A stretch of DNA of 64,000 bases from Eimeria praecox (lineage: Eukaryota). Under the pieces are notes generated by a model, which had not been told where the DNA came from, did no database searches, and was given only the letters and a program-made list of their open reading frames with translations. The DNA is taken from assembly GCA_963920595.1 (NCBI GenBank), contig OY986949.1, forward strand, positions 3,286,001 to 3,350,000, written 5' to 3'. The translations under genes were made by a program, and so were the position numbers. Of this stretch, positions 26,401 through 40,700 are shown one piece after another. The stretch's first letter is position 1, and each line of letters starts with the position of its first letter.

Positions 26401-27273
26401 GTAAAGGCCTTTGCCCACCATCACACGAAACAAAAGCAGTTCAGCTCACTGTGCATCAGCTCCCTTCTATCGAGTTGAACGCAGGTGTCTTCGTGTACAG
26501 CATCAGCAGTTCCCACATACTTTCTAAGCCATCGGAAACCTTTCAAGCCAGCGTGGTGGCCGTCTGCAGAAACTAACCATGTACATAATCACTGCCTTAT
26601 TGGTTTACGTGTTGGCTGCACTGGTTGCTTGAAAACGCAAACTACCTTGCACTGGGAGAAAGCATTATCACTACCAATCCAGTAAATTGCTGGCAAAACG
26701 TCCGATTAGGAGCACAAGGCCACAAACAAAAGACAACAGAAACAGCAGCATAAGCCTGAACACAGCAGTGGGTTCTTCTACTGTCCAGAATGGGGGGTGT
26801 CAGACGCAGATACCTTTGCAGAATCTGTTCCCCAGTGCCACTGCGCCTGCAACGCCTTCCAGTAGCGCTAAGGACTTAGTTTAATATCCGTCTCATATAG
26901 TCTGCCCGGCTCACGAACTGACAAATCCAGCAATATGTATGTTGACTGGATATCAAGCACGCGTAGTTATGTGCTTGGTGGAACATTCACAAACCTCAAG
27001 GCGGCATGCAATGCGATGCCGCGAAAACGCACTGCGCGTTGGTGATTGCTCTCCAGCCGGAAGACAACTCAAGGCCTCAAATGCACAGGACCAAATCCAC
27101 AATCCAAAGGACTGCTACTGGCTACGGTTTGCTGACAGTGTATCAAGAAAGTACCAATGATACCGTTGCTCCAGCGCACGTACCGTGTAAAGCTGTCACG
27201 GCACCAGCCATTTCTCCGATCGCAGGGGGAATAACTGATGAACCAGTCGGGGACCAAGCAAACGCCTACTATG

Positions 27274-27624
27274 TCTATCTATCTATCTATCTAGCTAGCT
27301 AGCTAGCTAGCTAGCTATATCTATCAATATCTATCTATATCTATCTATATCTATCTATATCTATCTACATCTATCTATATCTATCTATATCTATCTATAT
27401 CTATCTATATCTATCTATATCTATCTATATCTATCTATATCTATCTATATCTATCTATATCTATCTATATCTATCTATATCTATCTATATCTATCTATAT
27501 CTATCTATATCTATCTATATCTATCTATATCTATATCTATCTATATCTATCTATATCTATATCTATCTATATCTATCTATATCTATCTACTATATCTTTC
27601 TACTATATATATTTATATATATAT

Positions 27625-27679
<55 letters not shown>
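27274..27679. repeat. Compound microsatellite: (TCTA)n-(GCTA)n-(CTATCTATAT)~20+-(AT)n
   Basis: TCTA then GCTA tetramer runs at 27274-27318, decamer CTATCTATAT array at ~27331-27590, AT run to 27679. Confidence 0.97.
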
Positions 27680-27681
<2 letters not shown>

Positions 27682-30600
27682 AAGCATGTTCTGTTGGATG
27701 TGATCGGCATACACTCTGGAAATTGCGAAAACAACGGGCATATGGTGATGAAATTTAAATGCAGCAAGAAGCAATGAACTGTGCATCACGTGGACGCAAG
27801 ACTCCTGAAGGAGACAGGCGCGTTCCGGCCGCTACCGCCTGCCCCTAGGCGGCTGGACACTTAGCAATATAACGTTTCACTGTAAAGTCCATAGATCCTT
27901 CCTATGCAATCACAGAACCACTATGGGATGAGGAAGGCCAGCCTCTTGTTGAGATACGCTCTATGGAAGGGAGCACCTTACTCCACCCCAGTGACTGCAC
28001 TGGTACCGATTAACTCAGCATGAACGTCAAATAGAATGTATCCGCAAAAGCCGTTTCCATACTAAGCCATTAGGGAGCTCATGAAGCACGCGTAACCTAC
28101 AGCCTGCAGGCCAACAGCTATGCTACTGGCCCAGTTAATTCCCTAGCAAAGCAACTGAATTAAGTTGCAAAGGCCTACTAAGGATACAGAGCTCTGCGGA
28201 TCTAGTGCTTCTGAGCAACGAGGTAGGGAAAGCATCTGGCAATAAAAGGAGCGACAGCACAGTCAGTCGCCTTCAAATCTACAGAGCAAGCGAGGAACAC
28301 CACCTGAGCGAAGCAAGAAGCAGTTATGCACTATTCTAATGCCAATCTACCAGAAACCTGTTGATAATCCCTGGGCAACAAAACCAACTGACGAAATAAG
28401 GAATGAACACTAGTGGTTCCCGGCACCACGTACGTGAGCAGAACGAAAGTTAAAAAGGCGCAGCGAATGCTAAAATAAGTATTCGATTTGAAGCACACAG
28501 GTATCGCTGCACAAGCGGACGCCAACCCTCGACAGAGTCATGCATAACTTTCGCAGTGCCCCTCTGTTCATCTCATTTCGCTCATTAGACATACAAGCTC
28601 ACCATTTCGGCAGTTTTAAAGAGAGTCTTGAGTGTAATCCAGCAGGTCTGGAGACGCAAAAGGGTTCAAGACGAGATGGGCCCACATAGGTTGAGCTATG
28701 CCTAAAGTGCTGTGAGGGACGAGTAGAAGGTGCCGCGCAACAAAACACGGGGTGCTTTGCCGTCGTGAACCGATATTAGTTTACTGGCCGCTGCATTTGT
28801 CACGACGCAGCTGTTGCCTGAAACCCAGAAAGCCTTCACATTAGGCAAAAGGCGTACGCATCCAGCGGGAAAACATACTAGTTCCCTGCAATCTTTAATG
28901 TGACAGCAGAAAATGAGGCATATTTGTCACCGTCAATAGCTAACTGGCCTCTTTCATGTAGGAGGCACTGCTTGCTTGTCAGACACACAAGCTGCGTACA
29001 TTTAACCTCCTAATCAGCCGCTTGACAATAAACCCTTGGCAAAGAGAGCCGGCCAATTTGTTGGTAGGGCCACCACAACATACCGAAGATGTGAGAACGC
29101 AACATTACTTACTAGCATCGCCAGCATCATGGGCGCTGAGACGAACCTTGCTCTTCATCCCTTGCAATCATACAATGATTATTGACCATAGCAGCGCCAC
29201 TCCTATCCTTATAAACTTCCAATGCAGGAGCACGTTCCTTCGACTAAGGTCAAAGATCACGAGGCATGATGACACCTATCCAGAGCAAGCCTTACATTCG
29301 TAAAAGGCGTTCTAAGGCATGTCTGTACCCATCGTCTTGCACAAGACAAAGTCCCAACAAGTGATATCCAAGGTGACCTTAGCTTTAGCAGATTCACGGG
29401 GTGCAGCTTACTGTCTGAGAAGTCTAGCCTAGGCCAGTTAAATGTTCCCCTTTACTTTCTCATTCCTTCACTTCAGCCTCTTGCTGCTAGGCTTTCGCGT
29501 GCCTGCCCTGCACAGCCCTGCACAGGCGTTCAACTGCTAGTGCACGGATCATACGCTACCGAAGTAAGAAACCATAGACGCTGCCTTCATTTGGCTGTTC
29601 CTGGATCCAAGGCCGTGAAGCTACCTTGTTTCCTCGGAACGAGAAGGCACTCTTATTCCATGAAGAATACGCAAAGCATCCGTAGTGTACTAAGAAACCG
29701 AAACCAGCGGTTAGCCTTAGGGTCGCTATCAAGTCATGGCCTTAGCCTCTCTCGATTGCTGCTAGCCGAAAGGAGCTCCCAGCAGCAAAAGAAAAGGTAG
29801 TGACATAAAGGATAATTATAAGAGTTACACATGAAGAAGCTAGGGTTATTTGCCAGCATCATTCGCGAATTTGGGGCAAAATGCACCACAATAGAAGCTT
29901 GGGGACCCCTTTCTCTTCAATTCATGCCCCTTCCCGCCCGGGATTAATGAAGCAGTACCCTGTTCGTACTTCTTTGAAATGCACAGAGTATGCATGAGGG
30001 TTTCGTGGCAATAATCTTGGGCAGTTTGCGGAAATCTGCGTGCATAGAGAGATTCACAATCATGTGCAGCACCAGCATGCAAAGGACAACAACCCGATGC
30101 CAGGCAGACCTTCTTCACATTTTATTTAAACCTCATACGAACAACCGGGATCAAGACTCCGGTGTGGCCTATAGGCGTGCGCGCTGCCCAGGCCATGGGC
30201 TGAAGGGGAACACAGAAGGCAGCCACCAGATAGATACCGCCATGCGAACTTTACGCCACACGTGCTCATTACTTTAAATAGGGAAACGGCAGCCGCCGTA
30301 CAAGGTTTCAAATATTCTGTAGGCCCTTCACAGTCTCTGCACAAACAGTCTCCCAAAGGATGATCCGTCCGGCACTGGATTGCTGCCGCCCCATTTGCTC
30401 ACCGCGGAAACCTATGATGCTCTTCACAATTTATTTTTGCTCACATGCTGCAAGAAAGGCACCCCCTTCTCAAGACGTTTCTTTCTATTAGTATTAAAAG
30501 GCGGGGCCGAGACGCATGAGACGTACCACGCAACTAGTGATTTGATGCACATTTTAGGGGCTGTAATCTTTTTGGTTGACCATATACCTGAGCTAGCAGG

Positions 30601-31449
30601 TCGCCCAAACCTCCATACGTAGGGCGTGTAATCCAGCAGTGCTTTCACATTTCAGCCTTAACTCTACACGAGAGGTACATCATCATGAATATAATAATAA
30701 TGAGAGCCGCAAATCAGAGACACGAGGCGTGTAGCGTGCACTCCCCAACAACGCATAATTAACGAACCTGTATCCTCACACGAGAGTGAGTCATGAATAT
30801 TGCCGAGCGTTACTGGAAGCGAACTAGTGCACATTTCACGAAACTCCATTCTCATGCGCCGCAAAAGAACCAGCGTCAAGTAGCTCAGATGCCGCACAAA
30901 CTGGCAGTAACAACAACCTCACGTTCTTCCCTGTATGATGGTTGTCCTACAAACTCCAATCCCTGTAAGTAGGGCAAGCCAGCCCCCCTAAAACAGATCT
31001 GCCGAATGCCCGATGCAGCTAATTCCCTCGACGAGTGATGCATCCAGTCTGGCTACCCAAACGGGCCCAAGTACCTGGTGTAACGAGCTCCGTTCAGAAG
31101 CGCCCATCACGCATCTCGCCAGTAACAGAACGTCATGCAACGTTCTTTCTCTATGCTGTCTCTTGATTCGCAGATAAGCCCACAGCACCGCATCTCCGAG
31201 CCAACTATACAATCCACGCAGCATACCTCCTGCATCTCAAAATGTTTTAAACATTTTGTTGCCCTACCTGCGTGCAGAAGCAGACTGCTGCAGGTGAGTT
31301 GTGACACGAATGCCGATACCGATGCTTCGCTTTTCGTAGCATAACCAGTACGATTGGCAGATCAGTAGGTTCTAAGAAAAATCCAGGAGCCACAGGTATT
31401 TTAATACGAGTGAATAGTGTACAAATCAGTTACATTAAAATCTTGCGCA

Positions 31450-32240
31450 CAACACAGTAGGTGCATTTACAAGTTTGACGCCCCCCTGACGTCGCCACAT
31501 ACTGCCTCAGAGCCGAAACGCCTTAAAGCTGGCCTTACTGATGGACTGCAAATTTAAATGAACAGTATGCAGCAGCACAAACCGTTCAAATATTAAAATG
31601 CTTACCAGCGGTCCCTTATTCGTAGGTATTGCCCCGCCACAATACGAGCACCCACCAGCGCGCTGATACATAGAGACCCAACTTCTACAGCTTGCGATAT
31701 TTAGAGAGCAAGCGTGCAGAGATCACCTGGTGCGCACTGTAAAGGAGAACAGCCACTAAAAAAGCAATCAACAAAGAGATTGCACGCGCGGTCTTGGCAC
31801 TTCAACGGCTCCGGTAGGCTCACCAGCTAGGTATATAGGAACAGCTGCACAAGCCACATATTCAGGGACTGTAAATCCCTTTGCACCGAAGTACAACACA
31901 TATTGATGCTCCCTTAAGTCGAAGCCCTACGTTGCTCCCGCACAAACACTGCTGCGCTCTGCCGTGAGACCTTCTGAGACCTTCTGCACCCATCCAGATG
32001 GTTAAAGAGATAAAAGCTATTGCCACAGGGCAGCACCGTTTCGTCTGGCTAACGAGCAGTATCATAAAGCTAGAATTCACAAAAGCAAATGTATGCGCAG
32101 TCAAGACTAAGGCCTACCATGTTCAGTCGTCAACAAAGTGCTGCGAGCATAAGGCCAAAAGGCTTGGGATCTGGAGCCGGTATGCTGCATTGCAAAGCTT
32201 CATGCTCCAAAACTGGGGTAAGCAATCAGCCTGCAACGTA
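31450..32240. repeat. Old diverged paralogue of part of repeat B (homologous to ~45160-45940 and ~48555-49380)
   Basis: Exact 15-mer CGCCACATACTGCCT at 31493, 45203 and 48598. Collinear weaker matches follow, ending in TCAGCCTGCA at 32226 versus 45929, at a steady offset of ~13.70 kb. Confidence 0.55.
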
Positions 32241-33301
32241 CTTTCTGCGCGTTCGCAAATCGGACTCGAGGAGGGGTTAGGGGAACCTCGTTTGCGCTCT
32301 AAAACAGTAAAATGTATCAACGCAGTGCCAATAGCACGCATCGTGATACTGTCTGGCTTTCTTCCTCGTTTGTTTGGCGTAACTTCCTACGCGCACACAT
32401 CGTGCACCCACATCCTGGAACAGCGGTATTCAACCATGCACTATCTGCTTCGTCCATATACACAGGAAGAGTTTCTCCCTTTCCCCAGTTGAAAATCTCT
32501 GCGAAGAAAATATGCCGTGCAAAGAACATGGCTGCTTGACGGATGGAAGCAACTGAAGCCGTACATGCCGAATATGCCTCTACGGCAAGACTGCAGCTCA
32601 GGCGAGAAACAATGGTCAGCTGGCCAAAAGCTTCAGCTGCCGTACACTAGAGCCAGGGAACTACTGCGCTGCATGCCCAAATGCCATAGCGTCAACTGGA
32701 TGAGCAGGGCGAGACCGAGCGGAGTGTGACTGGTTGTTACCTGACATACACAGCCTTTCCAATTTCACAAGCCTGGAGATGAATAATCAGACGGAAGTGG
32801 TTCAACAAACAACTACCAGTCTACAAGCGCTTCAGGTAACAGCCGTCTGCACCTGACGAACTTCCTGCAGTGTCAACAGCCCCTTTCTGCAAATGTGCGA
32901 GCTCGGGTCAGCACCCCTGTGCCCGTTTTATGTTGCAACACCACCGCGAAAATGCGTGTAGCTGGGTACCTGCTGCCACTGTATTCACTAAAAGCATGCT
33001 TTCCAAACTGATTAGGATGCCGAGAAAAAAACAGGTTAGACAGTATTCACTGATTTCCAAAAATACTGGAAGCCGGAAACTGAAGTGGAGAGCGTACAGG
33101 GAAAATGCGCACAAGTCAAGTTTGAACGCACTTGAAGGCATGCGATCTGCTTCTTCTAACTGGTAGACGCTACAGCCGGACCAGATCTGATATACCCGAT
33201 TGTTGGGTGTGCAAACCAGGGCTAGCATTTACTGGCGACGAACACGCCAAACGTAAGGAGGTCAATAATTCTTCAAGGCCACTGGATCCTAAAGATGCAA
33301 G

Positions 33302-33369
33302 CATCGTCTAAACGGAATTACTTTCTTTATGCTGCCATCGTCTAAACGGGATTACTTTCATCATGCTGC
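33302..33369. repeat. 34-bp tandem duplication
   Basis: CATCGTCTAAACGGAATTACTTTCTTTATGCTGC followed by CATCGTCTAAACGGGATTACTTTCATCATGCTGC. Confidence 0.9.
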
Positions 33370-36300
33370 CTTCCGTGCTAGGCAGACCTACTTCCTGGAG
33401 GGCCGATGCGTCCGTTTGCCGAAAACACTGCTCTGTCTCAATGATTGACAACCCTTGTACTAAACCTGCAATGTGGACCTCGTGCATAAAAACACAATGC
33501 GGCGATGGAATTCACGGCCATTATCCCCTCATAGGCAATGCTACTCCACTTCCTCATCATTCGGCATCCCATCGTTAATGAAGGACTTCAAATAGACAGT
33601 CAAGCTAAGCAAGCAGCAAAACAATTTGTGCGTCACCATGAAGCTACCAGATCACTGCATTTGCCTGGTATGGTTCAGTGGACACACAATCTGCATCCAT
33701 AAAGCTCCTCATTACACTTCGCCTCCACAACAGCACCCAACAACTGATATTCCTGCTGTAACGAGAATTTCTTCGTGATTCTCTTTGCTTAGAGTCGACA
33801 AGCCCCCTGATGCAGGCTACGAAAGGCAGCGCCGTCCGCTCCTGGAACTGGAAGCACGCCTCCGCATACAAAATTATCGAAAAGGCTTCGAGGGCATTCC
33901 TACTAGCAAACCACCCCATGGGAGCTCTTTGCAACTGTCCCATGATCAGCGCTCGGCTCGCCTCCCTAGACCCACGAGCTGATAGCCCACGCTCATCCAG
34001 CAAGGACGGTCACTCATGCGCGCTCAAGGGTGGCTGCTCCCATTGAACCAGTGAATGGCGCGAGCCACGAAATCCGTCCTAAAAGATATCTTTTGCTTCG
34101 GCGCTAACTAAGAGACTCTGGAACCATTACGTGGCTCCGCATGGTGCTGCAAGACTGTCTTTTTCGGAGGACCTTTGGAAACAACCATCGTCAGGAGCTG
34201 GCCTTGCTCCTTAGCACTATATAGCTACTACACTCATGATTGTAAACTACCATACGCCAAACCCACGCCACGCAAGCAATGCTTGGCTATGCATGAATTG
34301 AGCAGTTTATTCTTCGAGAATGTAGCCAGATGTCTCTTTCGTCTGCACAAAAAGGGTCCGCAACACGCGAATGCAGAGTTTGTGGTCTCTCTCGACTCCG
34401 CTTTAGGCATATGTCTTAAAGACGTGGCAAATTCGACGCACAGTCTAAAGGATAGGCGACTCTCGACAGGCGTCCTAAAGTTTTGACAAATTCACTTCCA
34501 TGTGAGCCAAAATGAGAGTTTCCACAGGCTCCGTTCTCCTTAGTCCTATGCGTCACGGCTCTACAGCTTCATGCGCTTCTCGTTACTAGCGAACGCGCAA
34601 ACGAAGGCCTCTCGGCATATACAGCTCAGTCTGGTAAGGCCAGCCGTGCAATGTTCACTTTGCCGCTTCGCTCCTTGACGCGTTAAAGACTGGACACAAG
34701 GTAGTAAAAACCCTGACGCCACAGACATTGTAAACGTTGGGCTGAAGCACACGCCGATAGTACCTCCGCCCTCTTTTACAACTCTCGCAAAAAAGTGTTT
34801 GCCAGCGAAGAGCGTTCAAAACGAAAGCATTCAGCGCGGCTGTACCTGGTATTTGTGGGAGCGGCAACATCGGCTGCCTCATGTAATAAGTGCGGCATAC
34901 ACTCTGCAAGCCATCCCCGCCTCCAAAAGGTACGCTCGCCTTCTACACAGGCATGCTCGTACGACCAGCTGGACTCGGTTATGAAACGCCGAGCAATTCG
35001 CACACCATCAGCATAGTGAATTCGGATATGCATCAATGAGGGCTTCCTCCCTCACAGCAAACAGCGTGAAGCGTAGGCAGTCCGGATTGTAATTTGCTTG
35101 CGTAACGCACTAGCACAGCAGAAACTGCATATTCCACATGAAGCGAGAAGGAAGAGCTGCGATGCCCTCGAAGTACAAGAGCAACAGCATAGCAACACCG
35201 ACAGCCTGCCCTCGCGCCCCTGGAGGCTCAAGCTGAGGAAATCCGGTAGCAATCATCACATTTACAATGGTTCCTGCCTCCTAAAAGTGCATACTGTGAA
35301 GAACAAGTCAATGGTGCGTGCACCAGAAACGCGCTCTGCTGTCCAGCAGGCTCCTGGCGTGGTGGGCAGCATCATCAGACGCACAAGCTGGTAATTCAAG
35401 GGCACTAACCTACTCACTCAGGCACTCAGCGAGACGGTTGCGTTTTGCCTGCATGCATGACCCTAATTAAGCCGCAGCATCTTTTCGTGTAAAACATAAG
35501 CGGCATGCCTTTCTGAATGCTTGCAACTGGAGGGTTGCTAGATCCACGATGTACGACCACAGACAAAAACGCGCAGCCTGAAGTGCTTATGCTAAGTCAC
35601 AGTATCATCAACGTGTGGATGGCAGCGGCCTAGAGGAGCCCACGTGGGGCAAGGGCTCTCGCCACCCGGATGGATACAAAACAAACAAGGCTTCACCGGC
35701 AACTCGTTGGCAATGCGAAGACAAACTATGGCGTGTAGGGCATCTCATGAAACGTATCCCCACACCGCTGCATGACTGACCTTCTGTCGCTTGCGATGCA
35801 GGAAGCAGGTAGGTCGCCCTCGCTGCCAGTTCAGCGGGTGTATCTGAAATCATCTTCACAAAAGTAGTGTGCGTGCAACGGCGTGCAGGTATGCAGGCCT
35901 GAGCGGGTATTCCTGCAAGCTGAAGGCAGCGCAAGCATAACAACAGAAAAGAACGCCTAGGTTTTGCATACCTATATGAAGAGAGAATTGCACAGCAGCG
36001 CCATACATACTACCAAAATGGCTAGTCTGGCTGGTCCCTTTCTCAAAAACGGTTGCTCGTGCTAAAGCATGAGCAACCGTTTTTGCTAAGCCACAGGGAA
36101 CGTATAATAAATGCCATAAATCCCCGGTGCACATTATACAGAGAGAAGAGTGGTGCAACGCTTACTGGTGGTGTGCACAGTGCATTGACTGATTGGAGGC
36201 TGAATGCATGTTTGTGCATATTCATGCCTCTGGTTACGGTAGCGCAGCCTCGTGCACCACGCACTCGGTTTGGAAGCCCTTCTCTGCTCCCTCTAGTTGA

Positions 36301-36412
36301 CAAGCTAGACGCACTTTCTTCAGACATCGTTATGTACCACTAATGGGTTCAGTCAGCAATCAGCTCAACGGCACTGGTTTAAACTCCTTAAATCTGGCGG
36401 ACTGCCAACACT

Positions 36413-36590
36413 TCAACCCCAACAGCAGGCTTGTGCCAGCAATACCTCGCCATTAACTATTTTGGATTCACTATCCAGAGCCCAAAACAAGGACGTTGAG
36501 CAAGCAAAACTAATCGGAGATTTTACATTGACGCCACGGCGCCGGACGCTGACAGGAAATGCAACATACGATGCAACGTTCTGCATCAGC
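36413..36590 (-). pseudogene. Candidate degenerate exon homologous to the ADAALSFVAFP exon of repeat B
   Basis: GCT GAT GCA...TCG TAT GTT GCA TTT CCT (ADA...SYVAFP) versus GCT GAC GCT...AGC TTT GTT GCC TTC CCA (ADA...SFVAFP). Differences are mostly synonymous, with a 4-nt frame offset. Confidence 0.3.
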
Positions 36591-37799
36591 ATGGCTAGGG
36601 AAGTTGCAGAATGCCCAACCATGATACACACTAGATACTGTATTGTAGAAACCACAATGAATAAAGTTTGTTCTTATCAGCATCAGCCGTGTTTGTTTTA
36701 CAATGGTAAGCAAAGGCTTAAATACACCTCGCGACAAGAAGCTGCTGGAGAAAATGCAGCCGCAACTTGCAGTCATCAATCACGCAGCCTATTCACGTGT
36801 TTTCCCCAGCCGCATGTAAGGCTCACACTCTGGCGGTACAGCGGAGATCCCCGATAGCCGCAGTCTTGAGCTCGAATCATTATGACAGCAAACCTTGATC
36901 TACTTGCTAGATCTGCGTAACAGTGAATGACCAGCCACAACTAGCACCCCCCCCCCCGCCAAACACTCTATGAGTGTAGCTATAGAAGACTCACGCAATA
37001 TAACAACCTCTATAAAATGTCTCAACCTGGGGCATGGCCCCCCTGCTTACACGTTGTTCACGATCCGACAAAAAACGAGGGAACGAACCCGCTTCCCTGC
37101 ACAATACGAAAGTGCAGTTTCCCCATTAGAAGCACGCCTGCGCATTTTGGCGGATCGCACACGGCCGGGCAACATACTTTCTGTGGGTTCAAGCTGCGTT
37201 TTGCATGCCTACTGTCTACTCTGTTTGTCCCAGCATGCCCCAATGGCACTGTTCACAGCAGTTATGATGGCCCACAAGCATGCAATGCACAAGGCAGCTT
37301 GCAAGAGGGCTTGTACACTTCGTGTTAGCCTTTAAGTGCTTAGGCTACAAATACACGCCCTACTATTATTAAGAACGCCTGCAAAACAACGTCGCTGAAT
37401 ACTGAAAAACCCTCAGCGCCGTCTCTGAAGTCATGGTTTCGCAACGCATATCTGCTGAGTGTTGGGCAATCAATAGCAGCGAAGCGCCAGAAATGCGAAC
37501 CGTCTGGCACCCAAATGCATCTAATTCGCAGCATGCCAGTCGAAGAAATTCAACAAGCACAGCACTTGCAGGACACTTATTACCAAATATAGTATCAGTT
37601 CCTACTGCCTGAGTTTCGTTCAGCCTCATCGTATGCCTTTGGTGCGTCACATCCTGGCCGTGTTCATTGTTTTACGTGGTTTAGAGAGACCATATAAAAC
37701 AACTAAAAGGCCAGTGTGTGTCTTCTTTTATAGGGAATCAGCCCCAACACTAATGTGGGACACCACGAGGCATTCACTTCCAAGTGTGCTTAATCCGCA

Positions 37800-40700
37800 T
37801 ACTTCACAAGCATTCTTCCCTGAAGAGAAAGCGTTAAGGAACGGCAAAATGAGTGTCACACAAGTCTGATTCCCCTGTGACATTATTCACGCCATGAGCA
37901 TCCTGCCGAAGGTGGCAATTTATTTTGAGTTTCTTGATAGTTCATTAATGCGAGTGACAAAGCGTACCTCCTACGGTTGTTTATCGTTTCCTGGAAATAT
38001 GACTGTTTTATTTCCAGCGCCGCAAACGACATCAGACTTCATGCAACGTGGCACTGATAGTGCAATGCACCTCGAGGTGAGTGCGCGCAAAAGCACATCA
38101 ACGATGCCTGGAGGGTGGCCACCGTACGATGCACGCTAAGCCTGCACGGGGATGTGCTGTGTATACAACACAGTCACGGATTAAGGTCTGATTCTATATA
38201 TTGCTCCCGAATGGTCTTGCCTGGTAAGAAACCAGCACAGCAAGCTAGACACAGCATACGTTTTATTCAAACACGCTACGGCTGCAACTAAAAGTGGTGC
38301 GGCTGACCGAACAGAACCATTAAAGCAACTGCTAGCGATCCCTCTTAATTTATCCCTAGGCGCAAGCATGCTACTATGGGGAAGAAAAACAAGCATGCAA
38401 CGGCGGATAGGCATATAACATCTTTCTTACTCCACAGCCACACATAAATGTTTCTCTCAGTGCCCCCCGCGGAGCATGCAACTCACTAGCTGCTTGCACA
38501 AAAGCATAACGCCCCCCGCTCTGCTCGTGCCCAGGGGCATCATGCAGAGCAAGCATATCCCCTATTGAGCCCCTTATAGTGAGGATTTTAAAACAATGCT
38601 GCTGCGCTTTGCGAAGGCCACATGTGCCAGTCGAGGGTTTTGAAGGTCTGTAAGCAAACAGGTGCCGGTTAGGATGCACAGAAGTGTTCCCTGCATAATG
38701 GATGTTACCAATCCGCTTGCTGCCAGGAATACAGCGATACAGTCAAGCCCATTGCCACCACAATTAGCACGCACGTGCTGGACGAATGAGATATCTACTG
38801 CCTGGTTACTCCACCTTACCTACCGATCCAGCCAGATAACCAGATAATGCGATCAAAGGCTTCGGATACCAACGTGGAGAAAACAGCATCCCTGCTTCTT
38901 GTACGTATAACTGAAATGACACAATTCCCTAGCATTTAGCACATTTACCAATATGGCAGCCTACAGCATTCTGCTGTGCATGCAGCCTGACACTGGGTGG
39001 TGTCATACCAGAACACCTCAAAGCTCTGATAAATAATGAGCCACTCCCGCCCCAGGTGTATTTCCATCACGTTGCATATCTCTGATAACATGCATATAAT
39101 CCACTGTAGGAACGTGCGTGGCATTGATGCTCCATCTAAAATACCGCACGCATCCAGCGTTCAAGCACCCACGATGCCCGTTGGCATTTGCAAGATACCA
39201 GGGGCAAAACGGGCAATTCTCAGGCCTATGCGTCTTGACAGCAGCATCTACGTAGCACTTCGTTCCATTTGCTGTTCCTCATGACATCTGCCACTCACCT
39301 TCTGCACAAGTTAGGCACCGTCTGGTAACAAAGCCATTTCTGCATTTACTGGGTTTTAAAGCACGATGCGAAACATTGGATACCACGTTTTAGTCGAATG
39401 AAGGCGGTAGACAGCGTCTTCAACATTTTCGTACAAACAGGAACAAACTAAGTAATGGCAATTTACCTGAAAACTGGCTTCATAGTGATACAAATCACAC
39501 CACTCGAACTAGGACAGCAGTGAATAATCTAGCAATTCTTTGTGATCACGCTGTCGCCTAGTGAATATTTGTTTCTACTGGTACAGGCTTGTCTACTACG
39601 TCCCCCCGTGAAGCCAAATTGACATTTTTTGGATGGGAAACCGCCTGTACAGGAGTGGCTAGGAGTAACGCTGTCCATAACGCAGGTGAAGTGTAATATC
39701 TTCGTGTACTCTGTCGTTGAAGCAAGCAAGCCGTGGTTTAGCACATAATCTTACGTGCACGAATGCAAGCACATAGAGCGAAATTCGCTCCTCGTCGTTT
39801 AGCGCTAGCGTGCGGCAGATACTTCTTACTCACCATCACGACCGTCCGATGGTTCACAACAAGAATGGCTCATACAAACCTGCAGAAACCATTCAGAAGA
39901 GACTATCTCAGCAAGTAACCCACATCCTGAAGACCCGATGCCATCCTATCCACTTTTGTGTTTCTCGTAATTGGCAACGAAGACGCCACAGGTTTTTCTT
40001 CAGCGGTACCAAATTATTGCAGAGCAATCAAATAATCCCACCCCAAAGCAAGCCAATAATCACTTCGATCTCGGAGAGACAATATGGCCTCTTTGCGCTG
40101 AGTTATGCTCTCAGAGATAGACCACACGAAAATAAGACCGCTGAAGTGGAAATCTCTTAAGATATAATGGGATTCCCTTGGCCAAAGGAGAGTTACTACA
40201 GGAACAGTGTGGAACGAGATGCAACACGGCAGATCGACTGCCAAGGCATTACAAGCAAAGGAATAATCGTCACCAGGAATCGGACAGCATCATCAGCATT
40301 CTCTACTGTGGATCCGAACACCCCAAACGACGCTTCGGTACGCCTTTCGCCACAAGCAAATCAACTTCTGCAGATCAATCCCTATGCTCGTGGTTAGGCC
40401 AAATAAATCAAAAGTTCCGCATGCGACACACCATCTTCAGGATAATGACCTGAAGGATGTCAACGGACTAACAATTTATGCTTATAATAAGTCACTTATA
40501 CCAACAAACTGAACAACAGTATGTAGGCCCGGACCAGTAAAAAGTATCTAATAGCTACAGTAACGCGTCTTCTTTACCTGCCTCAAACGTCCATATGCCA
40601 TATTTTAATTTATGCACGCTATGCAAAGCCCGCGACGTACAATCTGCCCATTAACTCTAATATATCCTGCTGTTCGCCATACTTATCCCACACGGGGTAG

